From an uncultured Methanosarcinales archaeon (GTDB lineage: Archaea > Nanobdellota > Nanobdellia > Woesearchaeales > DATDXC01): DNA of 20,000 nt. Below the pieces are notes generated by a model. The model was given only the letters and a program-made list of their open reading frames with translations, did not search any database and was not told the origin of the DNA. Positions 16,170 to 20,000 of this stretch are shown in pieces (position 1 is the first letter of the stretch; every line of letters starts with the position of its first letter). Location of the stretch: assembly GCA_964510025.1 (NCBI GenBank), contig CAZDZV010000008.1, positions 52,452 to 72,451 of the forward strand, in the 5' to 3' direction. A program made the translations under genes and the position numbers.

Positions 16170-16863
16170 AGCAACGGATCAGCTACAAAAGAATTATATA
16201 TCTTGCAACCGAGATTATCTTTATGGCTTGTTGATAAGAAAGCATCTGATGAAACTGTAAGATCAGCAGGTCTTGCCATCAAAGTCTAATGCTATTAGCG
16301 GGATTCTGCAGAGATACAAGGCGTTAATTGGCCCAGTATCCAAATAGGGAAGAAGCTGCCTGTAATACATTCAAAGGAAGAGATAGCAAAGCTTGCCGGC
16401 ACAACTAAGAGCAGTGACCATAGGCTCATTATCCAGGTTGGTTATTCATCTGGTTTAGTGAGATAATAAATCTAAAATGGGAAGATATTGATTTTGACAG
16501 GAACCTGATTCACCTGAAAAAAGCCAAGGGAAAGAAAGATAGAATATTCATGTTATCTCAGAAGTGCAGGAAGGATTATTAAATCTTTCAGGAATAAGGT
16601 CTATGTATTGCTGACAAATAGGGGTGGCAAATATGCACAATGGCCAAGAAAATCATAAAAAATGCAGCTATAAAGGGGGGATAAGAAAAAATATTGCCCC
16701 TCATACATTGAGGCGTTCTTTCGCCACCCACCTTTTGGAGGGAGGGACAGGCATTAGGCATATTAGAGACTTGTTTGGTCACTTATACATTAGTCCAACA
16801 CTTATCTATGCCGCAGTCTAAGACAAGAACATTCGCAGTATCAATAGCAACCTGGATGACTAA
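16170..16863 (+). pseudogene. Degraded tyrosine recombinase/integrase (XerD/XerA-like)
   Basis: Frame-shifted fragments: KKLPVIHSKEEIAKL..HRLIIQVGYSSGL / SEIINLKWEDIDFDRNLIHLKKAKGKKDRI / KNIAPHTLRRSFATHLLEGGTGIRHIRDLFGH..TLIYAAV* then DKNIRSINSNLDD*. The catalytic Arg codon region (GLRxSE) is deleted. The 5' boundary is approximate. Confidence 0.9.
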
Positions 16864-16965
16864 TCAATCCAATAGAAGAAGACAGGCTCCCACAGATATG
16901 CCCTCATCTATTCCTGGCACACAAAAATTCGGATTTTTGCTGAATCTGTGGGTTCGCCCTCAAAA

Positions 16966-19290
16966 TTAAATATAGGTCTCCTGCCCATTGCCGGTATAAG
17001 GTTCTGTGGGTTCTGAACCTGTTACAGCATCATCTGAGTCATCGCTGTATTTCCTGTAGATGAACTTTGAGCCATCGGGCATGCACACATACACTCCAAA
17101 CCTGCTGGAGTCATATACGCCGTAGCCTTCCGGAGTCTCTACAAGCTTTGCGCCATGGCAGCTGTATACTGTTCCGGATGCACCTGTGAATTCGTATCCT
17201 TCCATGATGCCATCTTCGTCAGTATCGACAGCAATCCACGTGTCTTCTTGATAGTCTCCGCCTTCTGCATTGGTCCTGAAAACCACATTGCCCAGAGCAA
17301 CACATTCTCCATTCCTGCATTCATTTGAGCAGGTTTCCTTGGCTATCTCCTCTTCTGTATGGTCGCAGTAGCTCTGCTCTGTACCGGGCAGATAGCATGT
17401 GTATTCCCTGTATACCTGGGTCACGTCAAATCCTACACAATAGGGCATCCCTATAAAGCTGTCAGTTCCGCAATCTGAATCCTGCGAACATTCAATGTCC
17501 ACCGGTCTGCACTGGCATCCGGTGCATCTTTCTTCAGCTCCGCAATCATCGTTATCTTCGCACTGCTCCACACCTGTGTAAAGAACTCCGTCCCCGCATA
17601 CGTTGTAGGTGCAGTCGTTCTTGCAGCCATCGTTATTGTTGCTGTTTTCATCATCGCAGTCTTCCCCTGACTGCACAATGCCATTGCCGCAGACTTCCAG
17701 CCTGCAGTTCGAGTCACAGCCATCTCCATTAGCGTTGTTCCCGTCATCGCACTGCTCTCCTGGCTGGATATCGCCGTTGCCGCAGTCAGGATTCAGCAAT
17801 CCCAGAACCTGGTCGAGCTTGCCGTCCATGGACGTGATTTTTCCTTCCAGCTCCAGGAGCCTGCTCTCAATCCCGATTATCTCAGTCTTTATCTCCTGTA
17901 ACCCATGCTCTTCATCCATTACTTCATCTTCGATGTTTCTTACTTCATCCTTGATTTCTTCCAGGCCAAATGCCGGATCCTCAAGAATGTCGATGAGATC
18001 TGCGACAGCAGATGCTGAAGCCCTCGAGCTAACAGCAGCATCCAAATCGCTCAGGTCAATATCATCCAGCTTGCTCTCAATCGCTCCAGCCTCGCTTTCA
18101 GTGGCCAGGTCTTCAGGTATCACAGCCTTGAAATCCTCCTTGCTGTTGAGTATCTCCTGGACGCTTGCTTCATCAGCTATACCGTCCTCAGGCAGCTTAT
18201 CCTCTATGTTCCTGACCTCGTCCTTGATCTCCTCAATGCCGAACGTGGGACTGAGGATAAGGTCCAGTATGGCCTGGACGCTGGCTTCTTCTGCTAGATC
18301 AGATACATCAGCCTTGAATTCATCTGGATTGCTGACAGCAGCCTCTATTGCTGCTATCTCTGTCTTAATCTCAACAAGTCCTGTAGCCTCATCATCGATC
18401 TTGCTTATTATATCCTGTACGCTTGCCTCGAGCGCCAGATCGTCTATATTTGGGATATCCAGCTCATCAATGCCTGCCTGGATCGCATCAACCTTTGCCC
18501 CTACATCATCAACATTTGCTTCTGTTGCCAACCCAGCAAGGTCCTCGGGCGAAGCTCTTGAGCTTACCATAGCATCAAGATTCGGGCTTATCAGGCCATA
18601 TAGCGCCTGCAACCCGTATGTTTCATGCGTAACTGCCTGTTCGATCATGATTATCTCTGCTTTTATCTCTTCCAATCCGATGCTTTCATCTGTCAGCAGG
18701 CTGTGTATTGTCTCCAGCAGGCTCAGGTCAATACCTGCAGGATTCAAGTACAGAAGCGCCCTGGTCACATCCCCGTTATGGCCTTCTGCATCTTCGTCTG
18801 TCCTTATCACTTCAGCAATGACCAACAGAGAGTAAGGCGCTTCTCCCTGCACTGTGCCCTGGAACACCATAACAGATTCCAGGCTGTCATCGTCATAGTG
18901 GTTGCTATAGACTGTCCCTGTGATGCCGGCCATAATCGTGCCGTCAGCCCATCCGTCTGCCTCCAGGGCCAGTGTTCCTCCGGTATATTCTGTTTTATAT
19001 CTGGCGATAGCATCGTCAATAGGATCAATCGGCACTGGAGATCCGGTCAATGTGAGGCCACTAACTTCCCACTGTCCACTGTCTCCTTCAGCTGACAGAA
19101 CATTGCCAGGTTCTCCGGCTGCTCCGCCATCATATGCCTCTTCCCATGTACCTAATTCCAGGCTGCTCACCGGATCAGCTTCCTTGTCATACCAAAAACC
19201 AGAGCCTATATCCGCAGAAACAGCGCCAATCAGAAAAACCCAAACACAAAAAACACACAGAACTCCCTTAACCATGTCTGATACTTTCAT
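16966..19290 (-). CDS. Secreted protein with an acidic repetitive coiled-coil-like stalk and DUF4215/Myxococcus-type Cys-rich repeats
   Basis: Signal peptide ending in AVSA. Five G(L/I)xEIKxE(I/V)xxIE motifs, repeated EASVQ, LDA(M/A)VSSRAS twice. CGNGDIQPGEQCDDGNNANGDGCDSNC and CGNGIVQSGEDCDD. GGGGGTG SD; TTTAAATA at about 19334-19341. Confidence 0.85.
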   Translation of the reverse strand: MKVSDMVKGVLCVFCVWVFLIGAVSADIGSGFWYDKEADPVSSLELGTWEEAYDGGAAGEPGNVLSAEGDSGQWEVSGLTLTGSPVPIDPIDDAIARYKTEYTGGTLALEADGWADGTIMAGITGTVYSNHYDDDSLESVMVFQGTVQGEAPYSLLVIAEVIRTDEDAEGHNGDVTRALLYLNPAGIDLSLLETIHSLLTDESIGLEEIKAEIIMIEQAVTHETYGLQALYGLISPNLDAMVSSRASPEDLAGLATEANVDDVGAKVDAIQAGIDELDIPNIDDLALEASVQDIISKIDDEATGLVEIKTEIAAIEAAVSNPDEFKADVSDLAEEASVQAILDLILSPTFGIEEIKDEVRNIEDKLPEDGIADEASVQEILNSKEDFKAVIPEDLATESEAGAIESKLDDIDLSDLDAAVSSRASASAVADLIDILEDPAFGLEEIKDEVRNIEDEVMDEEHGLQEIKTEIIGIESRLLELEGKITSMDGKLDQVLGLLNPDCGNGDIQPGEQCDDGNNANGDGCDSNCRLEVCGNGIVQSGEDCDDENSNNNDGCKNDCTYNVCGDGVLYTGVEQCEDNDDCGAEERCTGCQCRPVDIECSQDSDCGTDSFIGMPYCVGFDVTQVYREYTCYLPGTEQSYCDHTEEEIAKETCSNECRNGECVALGNVVFRTNAEGGDYQEDTWIAVDTDEDGIMEGYEFTGASGTVYSCHGAKLVETPEGYGVYDSSRFGVYVCMPDGSKFIYRKYSDDSDDAVTGSEPTEPYTGNGQETYI

Positions 19291-19390
19291 ATAAACACCC
19301 CCAATTTGATATATCTAGAATTTAAAGTCCAGGTATTTAAACCTTTCCAGTTAACTTCTTAAATAGCTTTTTGTCTCAGCATGGTTACAA

Positions 19391-20000
19391 TTATACTGTA
19401 AATTCAGGAAGCTCATGGCCGACTGCATTGCCAGCCTCGTCGATTACCTGTATGGTAAGCTGATGGCATCCGGTCCTGAAGCTTTGCCTTGCCTCGCAGA
19501 TACCATCGTCAAGCCGCGAACAAAGCCGCCTTTCCCTAGGCCTTGAATCCATATTGTCGATATAGACTATTTCGTCAAAATTATCTTCCTCAACCTCGAT
19601 CTCAAAATAAACTCGCCTTCCATCTATGGTGTGATCAATGTCTATTATCTCTGGCGGTGTCACATCCACATCCAGCTCTTCTTTTCTGGACTCGTCTGAG
19701 GTATCTGCAATATCTGCAAGGGTGAACCAGTATTCTATCTCTGTCCCGTCATATCTGTCCAGTTCTGCATAGGTGCTGCACGAATAGCCCCTGTCTTCAA
19801 CACATTCTTCAGATATGTCAAGGGTATTGGTCTCATAGCCAAGCTCAAGATTGCCGAAGTGCAGCTGCAGCAGGACAGGATTTTCTTCCATGAACTCAAC
19901 ATTAAAGATGCCGTTTGCATATCCTCTCCTCGGCTCTGTCCTGCCTATCCTGGGCTCATCGCTATCAACAGTAAATTCCCTTCTAACAGTCACGCTGTTT
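19391..20000 (-). CDS. C-terminal part of an acidic extracellular Ig-like domain protein (truncated by the window edge)
   Basis: The frame stays open to position 20000. Bacterial Ig-like motifs VDSDEP, VDVTPPEI, G.HQLTIQVIDEAGN. Confidence 0.7.
   Translation of the reverse strand, partial: NSVTVRREFTVDSDEPRIGRTEPRRGYANGIFNVEFMEENPVLLQLHFGNLELGYETNTLDISEECVEDRGYSCSTYAELDRYDGTEIEYWFTLADIADTSDESRKEELDVDVTPPEIIDIDHTIDGRRVYFEIEVEEDNFDEIVYIDNMDSRPRERRLCSRLDDGICEARQSFRTGCHQLTIQVIDEAGNAVGHELPEFTV

Noticed and set aside
16300..16863. Integron integrase (IntI)
   Set aside because: Only about 53 codons separate KGKKDR from HTLR, so the IntI-specific insertion is absent. No attC array was seen.
16588..16969. 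Small ORFs 16588-16782, 16624-16821 and 16775-16969 as independent genes
   Set aside because: They are a fragment or antisense shadows of the recombinase pseudogene.
17609..18835. 408-aa + strand ORF
   Set aside because: Ser/Leu-rich antisense shadow of the acidic 774-aa gene, with no motifs or start signals. The same applies to the many short antisense ORFs across 5446-15757.

Overview
Archaeal window, most likely from a DPANN lineage such as Woesearchaeota. This placement is inferred from TATA/BRE promoters, BHB-intron tRNAs, a Taw3 homologue, an MNT-HEPN fusion and the style of the surface proteins. The left 5.3 kb (+ strand) holds a membrane CBSx4/DUF835-like protein, tRNA-Glu(CTC) with an 84-nt canonical intron, a GH13_18 sugar phosphorylase (glucosylglycerate phosphorylase-like), tRNA-Ser(CGA) with a 26-nt non-canonical T-loop (59/60) intron, a nucleotidyltransferase-HEPN-like fusion and taw3. 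The remaining 14.7 kb (- strand) is a cluster of large, acidic, secreted or surface proteins interrupted by a decayed tyrosine recombinase. The standout feature is a pair of adjacent genes: a C-terminally membrane-anchored 1709-aa protein with an N-terminal cohesin, and a secreted, anchorless 933-aa protein ending in a symmetric dockerin. Neither has a recognisable enzyme domain. This suggests a cellulosome-style cohesin-dockerin assembly used for surface display or adhesion rather than polysaccharide degradation. All domain calls are by eye from motifs; no database searches were run.
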